The position numbers were made by a program, and so were the translations under genes. From positions 930,001 to 994,000 of the forward strand of contig JBPQGU010000016.1 in NCBI GenBank assembly GCA_051362555.1: DNA of 64,000 nucleotides, read 5' to 3'. Positions within the stretch are counted from its first letter, which is position 1. Every line of letters starts with the position of its first letter. This document shows, piece by piece, positions 27,964-40,229 of this stretch. Source of the stretch: Lingula anatina. Its lineage: Eukaryota > Animalia > Brachiopoda. Below the pieces are notes generated by a model. The model ran no database searches, was not told where the DNA came from, and worked only from the letters and a program-made list of their open reading frames with translations.

Positions 27964-28839
27964 TGTTCAATATACTCACCGTACATTCAATCAAGCAGAT
28001 TGTTCAGTACAGGCAAAACAATGTTAAGGCCTATATGCCTTAGAAACTTCTATATTAACGCCGTGAAGAACTTGCAGCCAAGAGCAGATCTGCGAAGTCA
28101 CTTAATTACAACTTGTTTTTACTTAAATAAATGGAATTTAGTTCTAGGCGTATCTTACATGACTGGGGCAGCTCACGACAATGAGCCAATGTGTATGATT
28201 AGCCGAGAAGTGCTGAATGTGAAACGTAGAGACCCATTTACATTACCATGACAACATTCTGTCCTTTATCGTATCACATACTGCCGAAAATTGAAACGAG
28301 ACTTACAGGGGATACAGATTACAGACTAAAGATGGCTAGACCGCGCTGCCATCAATTGATTTCAGCAACGTTAGTACACACTGCTTTTCATATCATAGTG
28401 ATGATTATTTTGGAATGTTAATTTCGTGGTCTACATTTAGCTCAGCTTATGTCTCAAATTCCTGTCGTTAGATGTAGATTATGTGCAAAGTGCATTAGAG
28501 CATGCACGCCTATATGGGTAACATAGTTTCCATCATCTTGTAACATTGCAGTTTTCAGGTCATTGCTTAAGCGTGTCGGCAACCAAACATATATGGATCG
28601 TTTTATCATGTTTTAGTTTTCGCTGCTGGTATAAACACAATTTGTCACATGCTATATATATTTTTTTACTTTCCTTGATTATGATATGATAAAATATAAA
28701 ATGCATGGTTTTTAGACAGTTTCGGATATTTTTTTCACAGAGGAAAGTATTCTCTGTCATTTTTCAATCATAGTGACCAGTCTTTACCCTCAATATACGT
28801 ACTGGATACGTATGCATCTCAAAGACTAGCTACTATACT

Positions 28840-29266
28840 AAGGTAACGAGTTATAGTAGTGTCCTAGATGATAAGGAAAGCTCGTTATATCTTGAACTAA
28901 ATAGTGCGCTTCACCTTGAAAGACTTTCTGTGATTGGACAATGCGTCCTAGGCACGGCCATGTTTTACCCTACGCGTTGTATCTTTGCATTACTTAGTGC
29001 GGGTGTTTGACACTGAACACCGTTTCCTAGTGCAGCAATTGCGGAAAGAACTCAGCGCATTCCGGTGGCAAAATACTTTTTTGTATTAGTTTTAAAGTGG
29101 ACCTTATGTCCCGGTGATGTGGGATGTAAATAACATCTCTCACAGATAGGATTACGGCCTAAACTCTGTTTTGGGGTAAAATGGAATTTATTATATTTCA
29201 ATTAGTTGTTTACAATGTATTTATTGTGAAATATGAATTCCACACGAACCGTTGTTATCCCTTTAA
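28840..29266. mobile_element. Non-autonomous DNA-transposon fragment
   Basis: 28890-29040 is the reverse complement of sequence at about 43440-43690 and 63000-63250; the right end reads gttatccctttaa. Confidence 0.5.
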
Positions 29267-29450
29267 TGATATTACTGCTTTTGATTACATAGTATGTTTG
29301 TTGCCACGTTTTCACTATGACACCTAGTAAATGTCACAGGTATAGGACAGGTAAAACGCTGAAGTATTTAAGCAAAACATGGTATTAATTACCAACATAA
29401 TATAACCTAAAAATTCCAAACATATGACGACTGATAAGAGTTAACACTGA

Positions 29451-32400
29451 TTATGAAAATGGTATTTTGTACTCCTCCACATATTCCTTAAAGTGCTCCA
29501 AAACTTCCTCTTCTGTCAGGTGATAACGATTCAGTTCATACTTGTGGCGGCCATATTTGTTTTGTGGGTTTTCTTTCACATACGCCTCCATTTTGTCTTT
29601 CCCTTGGTTGGTCAGTTCCAGGCCAAAGTGATCGTATATTTTCTTCACAACATCCATGGGTGATATAACGAGGTCGTCATATGCAATATCGATGAATCTG
29701 TGCTCTAGCGCCGGGTGGTTCTTCCTAAACTTCATCATCTCTATTCCACCGTGGAGGAATGCCCAATTCAACACTTCCTTTCCAAGTTGCTCTAAATCTA
29801 TATCACACTGTTCATAGGCTACGAGTTTGAAAGTTTCACGGAGAGAACAAAAAGAAGCAAGGGATGTACACGGATTGCGGTAGGTGTGAACGAAGATTGC
29901 GTCGGGATACACATTCAGCAGGGCATCCAAATACAAACTATGAACATTATCTTTAAAGATTATTCGTTTATCACCGTTCACAGATTCTGAAATTAAAACC
30001 AAACTTGTTTTAATCCTGACAAAAAACGTTCACTATATTCCCATTTATAATCTTTAACACTGTATCGCTTTGCCCAGACAATAATAGGAATATATAAACT
30101 AACTAACTAGCCATTGGGTTCGTGATAAAAATAGATGACAGTGAGAGGTGTGACAAATTTAGTTAAAAGCGTAAAAAATTGGAAAAAAGAAATCTGCATT
30201 ACGCAGTCATTAATGTACAGAAGCAGATATAAGTTGGTAAAAAATAGCAAAAACAAACCTCTGCTATGAAGTATAAGCTGAGTCTGTTGTTTATGGAAAC
30301 GATAAGCCTCAACCATGTCATCAATGGTCCGCGCTTCCATCCACTTCATATACTCTTTACAGTTGCCGCCTAGGATAAGGTTTAGTTTGAAGACACCAAT
30401 GTTGTCAAACAAAAGGTGGTCTTCCATTGGACCAACAGCTTCCTGGTAGTGCATGGTTTTCATAACAGGTCTGGTTGCGTAACCCCAAGCTGAAAATCGA
30501 AAGATTTTTAAAGGTTTATTGAATGCACAATTAAAGACTGTCACAGATATGGCGTTTCCATGATACACACGCAATGTAAACTAGCGGTATGTGTAAATAT
30601 ACGCTTTGTTAATCTCTCTTGTTCAATTTCGACTGCTTGGCTTGCTGATACTGTGAAAGTGAAAAAATGTTTTCTTTAATTTTTGTGCATCTTCTCACAA
30701 TTCAGAATAAATAAAATATCTATCTATCTATATATCCTACAGTGAATTTTCAAGCACCTGTTCCACTGGGCTTGCGACCCATTGGAGTAAGAATTTTTGC
30801 CCACAAATACAAACATTCAAGAATATGGAAGGCAGTAATATTCAAGATTGAACTATCAGTTCGATGTGACGATTAAATAAATTAAATAATAGCGCCAACT
30901 TTGAATGGGTGAGAGTTGGCAAAAACTTGTTCTCTGATAGGTAACAAGACGACAATGTTTGTGTATATTGCTTACCTAGTCTTTGTGTAATTTCTATAAC
31001 CCTCGGGTCCGCCTCGACAGGGGCGCCATCTATAATTGGTCGCAAAACTTCATAAAACTTCAGGGATGTATTCTGCGGATCGGAGAATAACAGGTTTTGG
31101 AGGAAACTTGTGCCAGAGCGCGGAGGACCAATTATGAAAATCGGCCGTTTGATATGTATCTGAATAAAAAATATTATACGTACTTGAATACATTCAATCG
31201 TTCAATAAAAAAATAAGCATGTACCATAAGGCATTTCAGGCCCGTGGGCTGTATGTCTGTGATTGTAGGGGGGGGGGGAGGTTGCCAGTCCCATAATTTT
31301 CTTTGGTGGGATCTTCAAAAAGCTTAAGATTTTCCCAGTTTATCTAAAAACTCCCACTTTTCCTTCGGTCAGTACAAATAAATGGTTGCATGTAAGGTTT
31401 ATCATATAATTAAAAAATTAAACGAAACTTACCGAAGTTGAAGTTTGATTGTAATTCTACTTCATCGCTGGAAAGGAATGTAGGAATCACATGAGATAGC
31501 GCAGGCGTATCGGACTTCAGTTTTGAACGCAGTTAATCCAATGGTCGAAAGTGTACTGCACGAAGGCCTAAATTGTAATGACCACTTGACTGCTGTCTGT
31601 AAACTTCCTGAAAAATTGTATTACTGGGAGGGCTAAGTACCCTAGGGTGGGCATGTGATTCCTACATTCCTTTCCAGCGATGAAGTAGAATTACAATCAA
31701 ACTTCAACTTCGGTAAGTTTCGTTTAATTTTTTAATTCTACTTCATCACTGTCAAGTTCATTACGGAACCACATGAGATTTTAAAAGCTCTGAGGCCATT
31801 GTGATTACCCCACAAAAATTAAAACAACACCTGCAGCATAAATTTGATATGTGTATTTGTGTATAACAATATAGCCAATATACATGTAGTACATTTTAAA
31901 ACACTGAATATTGAATATCTTTCAGTTGCCACTTAGCGTCTGTTTGTTTATACATAAATAATGTCAGCGTCCACTGTTCACTGTAATAAAGCTTCAAACT
32001 TTTGTCATTGTTTCTAAAACTTTGGAGTCCATTTTGACAATATGTTTAGTTTTATTATAGAACGTGGCGAATGTACTTGCGTTTGCCCAACCAACATGCT
32101 TTAATATTTCGTCAATAGGGCATCCCATTAATGCTGCCGCTGATGTCGACGCGGCGCGTGTGCTATGTGCTGAATAAACACTAGTGTCTATTCCACTGTC
32201 GGCTAAAACTTGTTTAATCCAGCGAGAAATGGTCTCTGCTGAAACTGCCAAGTGTGGTTTTTGATAGCTGATAAACAACACGTTTGATTTTCTCAAAGGA
32301 GCTGTTTCAGTTACGTACGTCTGAAGATGGTGCACTATGCACAGTGATTTATCTGTATAAGCTGATAATGCTATCTGGGATAAATGATGTCCAGGTTTAC

Positions 32401-35400
32401 TTTGCTTTAAAAGCACATCAATGTGAAACTCTACGCTGGACTCGGTTAATTTCATGTTGTCCACAGTTAATGCACGGAGCGTTTGCACCCGTTGTCCGGA
32501 AAGCAGTGCTAACAGCATTACGGTTTTCAGTGTTAATTGCTTCAAAGGCAGTCCGTCAACATGCATGTCTCTCAGCTTCCCCAGAACAATTGAGGCATCC
32601 CAGACCGTTGTGTAACGAGGGAGAGAGGGTTTCCTGTTAAACACACCCTTCATGAATCTTTTAACTATTGGGTGTTGCCCCACTTGCACGTGGTCGCTGT
32701 CAGTAATAATAACGATGGAAGATAAGGCACTCTTGGCCGTGTTTATGGCAGAGTATCCAATGTTTTGCTCATACAACTCTGTAAGGAAAATTAGAATATT
32801 GTTTATAGTTGTGTGAAACGGATTAATTTTCCGTCTATTACAGTACTCGTGCCATCGTTTAAGATAACAGTCATATTGCTTAGATGTGCTTGGCCTCCAA
32901 GAGGATAACAGTATCTCGGCAACATTCTGCGGAATCTTTCGCTCCTCGAACGATCTCCTGATAAGAGGCATATGAGCAGATTTAACTTGTCCCATATTTT
33001 GTGAATTTCCTTCGTTCCCGGTAGTTGAAGAAGGTCTTTCCGCTTGGGAACATAAATTGGCGGCGCAATTAACATGTTCAGCGCTGTTGTGTAATACGAC
33101 TGAGTCGGCCAGTTGGGAAACACAACTATCCCTGTTACTTGCTCTAATGTCATCTTTTGTAGTACTGCCGGCATCAAACTGAAAGGTGGGAAACAGTAAA
33201 CTGATAAATTTCCCCATGGGATTGAAAAAGCGTCAACAGCAAAAGATTGAGGTTCAGGTCTCCATGAGACATATTTGTCTAATTGATGATTAAGCCTAGT
33301 GGCAAACATATCAATGGTTGGTACAAATTGTAGTAATTCAAGGGCTTTGTTAAAGACAGAGCAATTCAACATCCACTCTTTCTCACAGTGGAAATGTCTG
33401 CTTTCATAATCTGCTTTGACATTAACTATACCCGGTATATGTGATGCGCTTAGCCAAATGGATCTTTCGGTAGCCCACATCCAAATATTTCTTGCAATTG
33501 CATTACATTCCAAAGATCTACTGCCCCCCTGCTCTCTTATGTAAGCAACGGCAGTGGTGTTATCCATCAATAGTTTGATGTGAATGTTTTTCTTATCGTT
33601 ACAGAGTGCCTGAAGTGAAAACTGAGCTGCCTGAAGCTCGAGAAAGTTTATATGATGATCAGACTCTGAAGGTTTCCACTGACCACCTGTTTTGATGTTC
33701 AATTCTCGACAATAACAACCCCAACCCATTGTACTGGAATCTGTTTCAAGAGTTAGATCGGGGTTTCTTACTGTGACTGGTGCTTTTGAGCCTTTTAAGC
33801 AACTAATCCACCACCTTAAATCACTTACAGCCATATCTGATATATTAACTTTTGCATCAAAGTTTCCTTTGGCATCTTTTAAAGCTGCTATTTTATCATT
33901 TTCCAACTGTCTGTAGAAAAGTTTCCCATTAGGAACGGCGGGGAAGGTCGCAATTAAATTTCCTATAATGGTACACAATTCTCTTATAGTTGGAGACGTT
34001 TTCTTCAAGAAAGAATTACAAAGATCAATTATCTTGCAACTTTTGGAGTCAGATATTGCCACAGTCATATCTACAGAGTTCAGAATAAATCCTAAAAATT
34101 CTATAGATTGTGTAGCTTGAAACACCGATTTTTCCGGATTTATGACAAAGCCACATTGAGTAAGCATTTCGATCGTAGCTTTAACGTTTTTGTTGCAAGC
34201 TTCAATGCTCTCTCCTTGTAAATATGTGTCATCTATATATACTACGGAGAGATACCCGCTTTTCCTTAAGCAAGAGAAAATTGGCTTAAGAACCCGGGTG
34301 AAGACCCTGGGGCTTATATTGAGGCCCATTGGACACGCCCTGTACTGGTATAACTTTGATTTCCATTGGAATTTTAAGTATTTTTGATATTTTTCAGAGA
34401 CAAATATGCAATAATATGCATCAGAGAGATCAATACTTGATTGCCAGCAGTTAGGCGTCATCATCTTAATTGCTGTTTGCAATGAATCCATTTTAAAATG
34501 GTGATTATCAATGCACTCATTTAACTCTTTTAGATTACAAATGAGTCGGTATTTCCCGCTCTTTTTCATTCTCAAAATAATCTCTGTATTTCCTTTTCTA
34601 TTTCTACGGTTTCAGAGGCATTGAATTTTGCCTCCCTTATTGGTCTTGCCTGCACTGGCATTACACGGAAATCTAGTTCCATGCCTTTAATTATTCTTAA
34701 TATTTCTTTGTCGGAGGTTATAGATCTCCATTCGTCTATAAAATACCGTAATCTGCCTCCTTCAAAAGTAAGAATATCATAGTTAGCCTTTTTAACGGCA
34801 TCTAAAATAAACAGTGAAAATTCACTTTTAAATGTTTCTAGAGTCCTCACCTTCATAGTGGGTTCTACTCTTTCTTGAACTTCTTTCCCCTTCTCACGCC
34901 ACTCGGCCCTGGTTTGTTGAACCAGTCCTGGGGGTGTCCCTCTCGGGAATTGTAGCCCTGTCCGTGCCGGGGGTTGTACCCCGGCCTCTTCCAGTTTTTT
35001 GGCTGGTACGGTTGGACCGCGTCCCGACCCACCTTGTCCATTTCCCGTATATCTTTGACGGATTTTGGCAGGTCGTCACCAAATAGTAAAGAGGTTACGG
35101 GTATGTTGGCATCGCATAACCCGGCGTGATCGCTTTTAAGCACGGGCCGCAGTAATTCCCGCCTTTGTAGCGACACTGACGTGTTCGCATGCCCGAGCAG
35201 AAATACGGCATCTAAACATGCGCGTATGGATTGTTCTGTCGAAGGCTCGGCGGGTTTGCTTAGCAAGTTTTCCGCAACGGATAACATTGCAAAGGTGCTT
35301 TTAGTGATAGCACTTTGGATGGAAGAAAATCTCAGATCTCTTTTCTTGAGATAGTTCTGTTTACGCATTCTGCGCCAAATTTCTTTGTTAACCCGAGGCA

Positions 35401-36602
35401 CTGTGGCCTCAAGTACAACTCCTTCTTCTTTTTTACTTTTTCTGTCGCCAGTGGCTTAGAAAAAGCTTTATTGGCAATTTCAGCCAATTTAGCGCTTATA
35501 TTCGGCCCAGTATCCTCCTCATCTTCAAATGATGCGCTTACATCTTCTAAGACAGCAGTACTGTGGCTCGCAACGTCGTCTTCGTCCTGATGGTCCATAG
35601 GACTGTCAATATCGGAGCAGGAGGAGTCGTCTCCTTCCTCTCCTTCAAAGACCGTCGCAGAGCGTTTGGCGGGTTTGTTTTCGGCTGCCATTGTCGCCCA
35701 AACCTCGCCCATTTTCTGTATATTGGAGGCAACAGCCTCCATAGTGCCCTTAAGGCCATCTATTGCTGAGAAAATGTTTCTCGATTCAGAGGGGGTAATA
35801 CCCACCCCTGGCCCCAGTAGGGCGTCTTCTTCTTGAGAAGAAATATTGAAGGTTTCCATCAAAAAATGAAAAAACCGCGTAGGAAGAATTGTTATGCGTC
35901 CGTCTGGAAGTCCAGTTGGTTGCGCACTGAAGTCCGATACGCCTGCGCTATCTCATGTGGTTCCGTAATGAACTTGACAGTGATGAAGTAGAATATCAAT
36001 AACCCTCTCCCCAACTCAGCATACAACCCTAACATGTTCTGGGCTGCATACACTATGTACAGTATTGCTTTGACATGGGACGTCTTCACGTCAAGTGCCA
36101 TATACACAACTGATGCAGCTTGTACCGGTGTAACGTGACAGAGAGTTCCCCATAATGGAGTGTCCGCTTCCAATTCATTTGCACAGGTACGGCTCGCCTT
36201 AGATTTTGACCCACTTAAGCTAGGTCAACCTTATAACAATTATAACTAAATGGAGGGCTGACTCTCTGTTACACGGACCCTCAATTTCGTTTCACTGGGG
36301 TCCCAAATAATTAGTACAGGTTAGGGCAAGTCCCATGTATTTGACCCACTTAGGTCAGGCGAACCCTTACCATTATAACTAAATGGAGGGCGGACTTTCT
36401 GTTACATGGACTCTCAGTCTCGTTACACCGGTTCAATTTAAGTGATTGACATTTTTTTACTTTTATTAAAATAGTCTTGATATAACAACATGACGTTAAT
36501 AAAACCTTTTGAAGCGATCACTTTACCAACTCTGAATCTCTAATCAGTATCCCTTGGAACAACTAAACAGCTGGGATCGAACTTTCGAAGACATTGTGAC
36601 TT

Positions 36603-36646
<44 letters not shown>

Positions 36647-37242
36647 GCACCTTGTAGCATCATGTACGCATGGTGGAACCTCGTAAAGTGACCTGATTCA
36701 GTGTACCCCAGCTCGATTTGAAAAGGTCGGTGTGGGTCATAAATATAATGTTACAATGTCACATTCCGGTACCTTTGTGGAATGTTAGTCTTAACGCTGT
36801 AGAGGTTTTTAAAGGCTTCGTTCTTAATCTTTCCGTTTACTAGACAAAAACAACTCTCATTAAACTTTAAGACATCTACAAGACTGTGGAAATAAAGACA
36901 TAATCTAATGAGAAATTTACCACCACAGATGTCAAGAGAACCACCTCTTCATTTTTCAAAAAGTTAGTTTCTTCGCGTACTTACCTTGCTTAAATCAACT
37001 GAAACCAGTCGTCTTGATATTGCTAGTCTGTTGTTAAGGACATCAACCCAGCGTCTTTCAATCCCCTGTCTTCCTACCGAAGTTACAACTTTGTCTTCAC
37101 GAAAGCACCTCAGTAATAAGGTAAATCCTTCATACCACCAGTGACCGGTGAGGGTATCCGAAAACAGCAACTCACGGTCTTCTTCAGAGAAATGACTTAA
37201 AATACTTTCCTCTGTGAGAGGAATAGTTTGTCCTTGGGACAT
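29451..37242 (-). CDS. Sulfotransferase copy D; exons 37242-36985, 31159-30976, 30489-30259, 29986-29451
   Basis: PSB loop RPIFIIGPPRSGTSFL and HTYRNP; exons of 258, 184 and 231 nt as in paralogues; a DIRS element lies in intron 1. Confidence 0.88.
31994..33217 (-). CDS. DIRS tyrosine recombinase
   Basis: Core-binding segment (WRPSTSKQY, GYSAINTAKSAL) and catalytic motifs GQR, AHSTR, GW and FY; uninterrupted ORF overlapping pol in another frame. Confidence 0.92.
   Translation of the reverse strand: MGKFISLLFPTFQFDAGSTTKDDIRASNRDSCVSQLADSVVLHNSAEHVNCAANLCSQAERPSSTTGNEGNSQNMGQVKSAHMPLIRRSFEERKIPQNVAEILLSSWRPSTSKQYDCYLKRWHEYCNRRKINPFHTTINNILIFLTELYEQNIGYSAINTAKSALSSIVIITDSDHVQVGQHPIVKRFMKGVFNRKPSLPRYTTVWDASIVLGKLRDMHVDGLPLKQLTLKTVMLLALLSGQRVQTLRALTVDNMKLTESSVEFHIDVLLKQSKPGHHLSQIALSAYTDKSLCIVHHLQTYVTETAPLRKSNVLFISYQKPHLAVSAETISRWIKQVLADSGIDTSVYSAHSTRAASTSAAALMGCPIDEILKHVGWANASTFATFYNKTKHIVKMDSKVLETMTKV
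32803..34856 (-). CDS. DIRS pol (RT, RNase H, adenine-methyltransferase-like domain), frame-disrupted near 34575
   Basis: IDLSDAYY, PMGLNISP, YIDD, TDSSTMGWG, HINFLEL, DNTTAV, HIPGIVNVKAD, IDMFA...VDAF...YCFPPF. The N-terminal piece 34572-34856 is in a different frame. Confidence 0.9.
34865..35862 (-). CDS. DIRS gag-like ORF with one frameshift near 35400
   Basis: Two overlapping ORFs upstream of pol (...LYLRP, then PRVNKEIW...RRELLRP...LLFGDDL), as expected for DIRS ORF1. Confidence 0.75.
36200..36432. repeat. Imperfect tandem duplication, period about 135 bp
   Basis: tttgacccactta...attataactaaatggagggc occurs near 36205 and 36340. Confidence 0.65.
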
Positions 37243-37404
37243 TGTTCAATATTCTCACCGCTAACTCAGTCAGACAGATTGCTCAGTACAGGCAAAACAT
37301 AAGCCTCAGAAACTTCTATTCTATGCCAAATAGTCGATCTTAAAGTCACCTGCAAGTTGAATGTCCTTCATTTAATGGCATGTAGTCCAAGGCGTGGCCG
37401 ACAT

Positions 37405-37500
37405 GTCAAGGGCAGCTCACGACAATGAACCAATGTGTCTGATTGGCCGAGAAGTGCTGAATGTGAAATGTAGAGACCCATTTACATTACCGTGACAACA
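37405..37500 (-). promoter_or_regulatory. Conserved upstream block of the sulfotransferase genes with CCAAT/ATTGG boxes
   Basis: gcagctcacgacaatgaaccaatgtgtctgattggcc...gctgaatgtgaaa also occurs upstream of copies C (near 28168) and G (near 55509), and partly B (near 23167) and F (inverted, near 47370). Confidence 0.45.
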
Positions 37501-37590
37501 TTCTGTCTTTCATCGCATCACATAATGTCAGAAATTGACACGAGACGTACAAGGGATATCTGGTTTATGCGTGACGATAAATAGCCATTT

Positions 37591-37647
<57 letters not shown>

Positions 37648-38131
37648 AGAGAGAGAGAGAGAAAGAAAGAGAAGGAGAGAGAGAGAGTAAACCAGTAATA
37701 ATTTATTCTGCTAGTTTTCCGGTATTGCCAGGTTATGCTTGCTGAGCTAGTGTTCAGTGGAACCGCGAATCCATCCCTTGAACTTGCTTTGAAACTCGTT
37801 TCTGATGTTCTTGCTCTCTCTAGCCAGGGTACAATTATAAATAAGTATGCTATTAGCCCGTCGTACAATATGACTACTACTAAAACAAAAAAGGTATTTG
37901 CTAAAGCCCAATTTACTTCTACTACTTAGTTGTCTGTATGTGCAGTTATGTCTTCTAGATCTCTCCTAACAATAGCATGGGAGAGATCATACTGACCTAC
38001 CGACAATGAGGGTTTCTTCCTCCTGGCATCATATAATGATAGTAAACTTTTCATCAATTGTTCTGTGGCCAAAGTCTGTGTAGTAAAATTGATGATGGAA
38101 AACACTCTTTCACGCCCGCCCCCCCCCCCCC

Positions 38132-38183
<52 letters not shown>

Positions 38184-38394
38184 TGGTTCGTTTGAAAGTT
38201 ATGGTCTTTTTTCCGCATATGTCTCGAATTTCTCTCGTTAGAAGTTGATTATGTGCAGAAAGCATTAGAGCCTGCACGTCTATATGGGTAACATTTCACC
38301 AATCTTGGGACATTGCATTCATCCCCATGCACTATACAGGTCACTGCTTAAGCGTGGCGGCAATAAAAACTTATAGCTCCTTTTATTTTTTTAT

Positions 38395-39385
38395 ATGTGA
38401 CTTGGGGTAGAACGTGTACTCAACGTAAAAAAACGATTACAAATTTACGTGGAAGCAACGATCAAAGAAACGTAGCAGCCACGTTATATGTAACGTGGGG
38501 CTGAATCGTGTCTTCCACGTAAAAAACGGTTACAAATTTACGTGGGAACATCGTTCAAAGTAACGTTGCTGCCACGTTATATGTAACGTGGGGGTGAAAC
38601 CTGTATTCCACGCAAAAAAACGGTAACAAATTTACGTGGGAACATCGTTCAAAGGAACGTTGCTGAAACATGTATTCCACATTCAAACCTCTTACAAGTT
38701 AACGTGGGATCCACGTTCAAAGTTACGTTGCTGCCACGTTATAAGTAACGTTGGGGTAGGACGTGTATTCCACGCAAAAAAAAAAAAAAAAACGATTACA
38801 AATTTACGTGGAAACCACGTTGCTGCTTCGTTACTCGTAACGTAGTGCTGAAACATGTATTCCACGTTCAAACCTCTTACAATTTCACGTGGGATCCAAG
38901 TTCAAAGTAACGTTCCTGCCACGTTATATGTAACGTGAGGGTAGAACGTGTATTCCACGTAAAAACACGGTTACAAATTTACGTGGAAACCACTTTCAAA
39001 GGAACGTTGCTGCCACGTTATATGTAACGTGGGGGAAGAATGTGTATTTCACGTAAAAATTGGTTACAAATTTACGTGGAAACCACGTTCAAAGGAACGT
39101 TGCTGCCATGTTATTCGTAATTTGGAGCTGCAACGTATATCCCAGGTTCAAACCTTACAGATTTACGGGTATTTCACGTTCAAACCTCTTACAAATTTAT
39201 GAGGGAACGTACCACGTTCAGAGTAACATTGCTGCTACGTTACACGTAACGTGGGGGTCAAACGTGTATTCCACGCAAAAATAACGGTTACAGAGTTACG
39301 TTGGTACCACATTTAAAGTAGCCTTGCTGCCACAATCAGTGAGACGTGCTCACCACGTGGTGTCAACGTGGTGTTGCTTGCTGGG
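38395..39385. repeat. ACGT-rich minisatellite (unit about 90 bp) ending in a CCCAG-type terminus
   Basis: Repeats of aacgtgtattccacgtaaaaa..ggttacaaatttacgtggaaaccacgttcaaag..aacgttgctgccacgttatatgtaacgtggggg; the array ends in gttgcttgctggg. Confidence 0.88.
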
Positions 39386-40229
39386 AATAACTTGAAGCGT
39401 ATCGTTTTGCAAAACAGCAGATCCTGTTTCTACTTCATAACAAAGGTGAGTCTTTAAATGGATTTAAGACACAATAAATTGTTTCAGGAAATTTTGATTT
39501 CTTTAAATTCATTGAAATGAATAGGCAATACAAAGTTTCAAATACGTTGAGAAAAAATACTACTTTAAATCCATTTTTTAAAACTTATGCTGTATTTTAC
39601 CACTAATTCTATTTTTATTCGAGAAAAGAACAGTTTTCTTCGACTCTAGAGCCTTTGCTTAAATGATCCAGCAGTCTTAGTATTATATTATATTATATTA
39701 TATTATATTATATTATATTATATTATATTATATTATATTAGCAGTATTAGTCTGTCGTTGTACAGAGTGCCAAATGTCTCGTGTCCTATCACATAATTAG
39801 CCGGGGTTATCTGAGATGGTGTGCAGTTTTTGGCTGAAGACAATATTATCTTTAAATTATAAAGCCGCTTACTAGGAAGATCGTTGCAATCGTTTTCGTC
39901 TGAAACCCCATTCGTCAGACCCAATGAGATTGTGTTTTGAAATCACCACACCATCCTCCCACCCAGACAGTATTGCTTGTTAAATTTCTCAGTTTAAGCT
40001 TTGAAACAAAAACATTGAAAATACCTTAACAAGCCTAAATCCTGTATACGCCAGTATTTCCTCTAAGTCAATTGTCAATAACTGGCAGTACGTGATGCGT
40101 AATTGGATCATTTTGTTTCGTATTCTTTACTTCTAACACATTGACTCATTAAATACAAATATAAGGCTAGCACAGGTATTTGAGATACAGAAGTAGGTGT
40201 TTTACCTTTCGTGCTAACAATTCCGGATA

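Larger units (their letters stand above)
31408..35994 (-). mobile_element. DIRS1-type tyrosine-recombinase retrotransposon, near full length
   Basis: Overlapping gag, RT/RNaseH/methyltransferase-like and tyrosine recombinase ORFs. Non-identical ITRs (about 31453-31520 and 35925-35994). An internal complementary region at about 31652-31778 joins the complements of both outer ends. Confidence 0.95.

Noticed and set aside
34560-35410. Programmed frameshifting in DIRS gag and pol
   Set aside because: The pol break appears to remove expected RT N-terminal residues and no clear slippery site is seen; mutational lesions are more likely.
38395-39385. CRISPR-like repeat array
   Set aside because: Units are contiguous degenerate repeats without unique spacers, there are no cas genes, and the context is eukaryotic.
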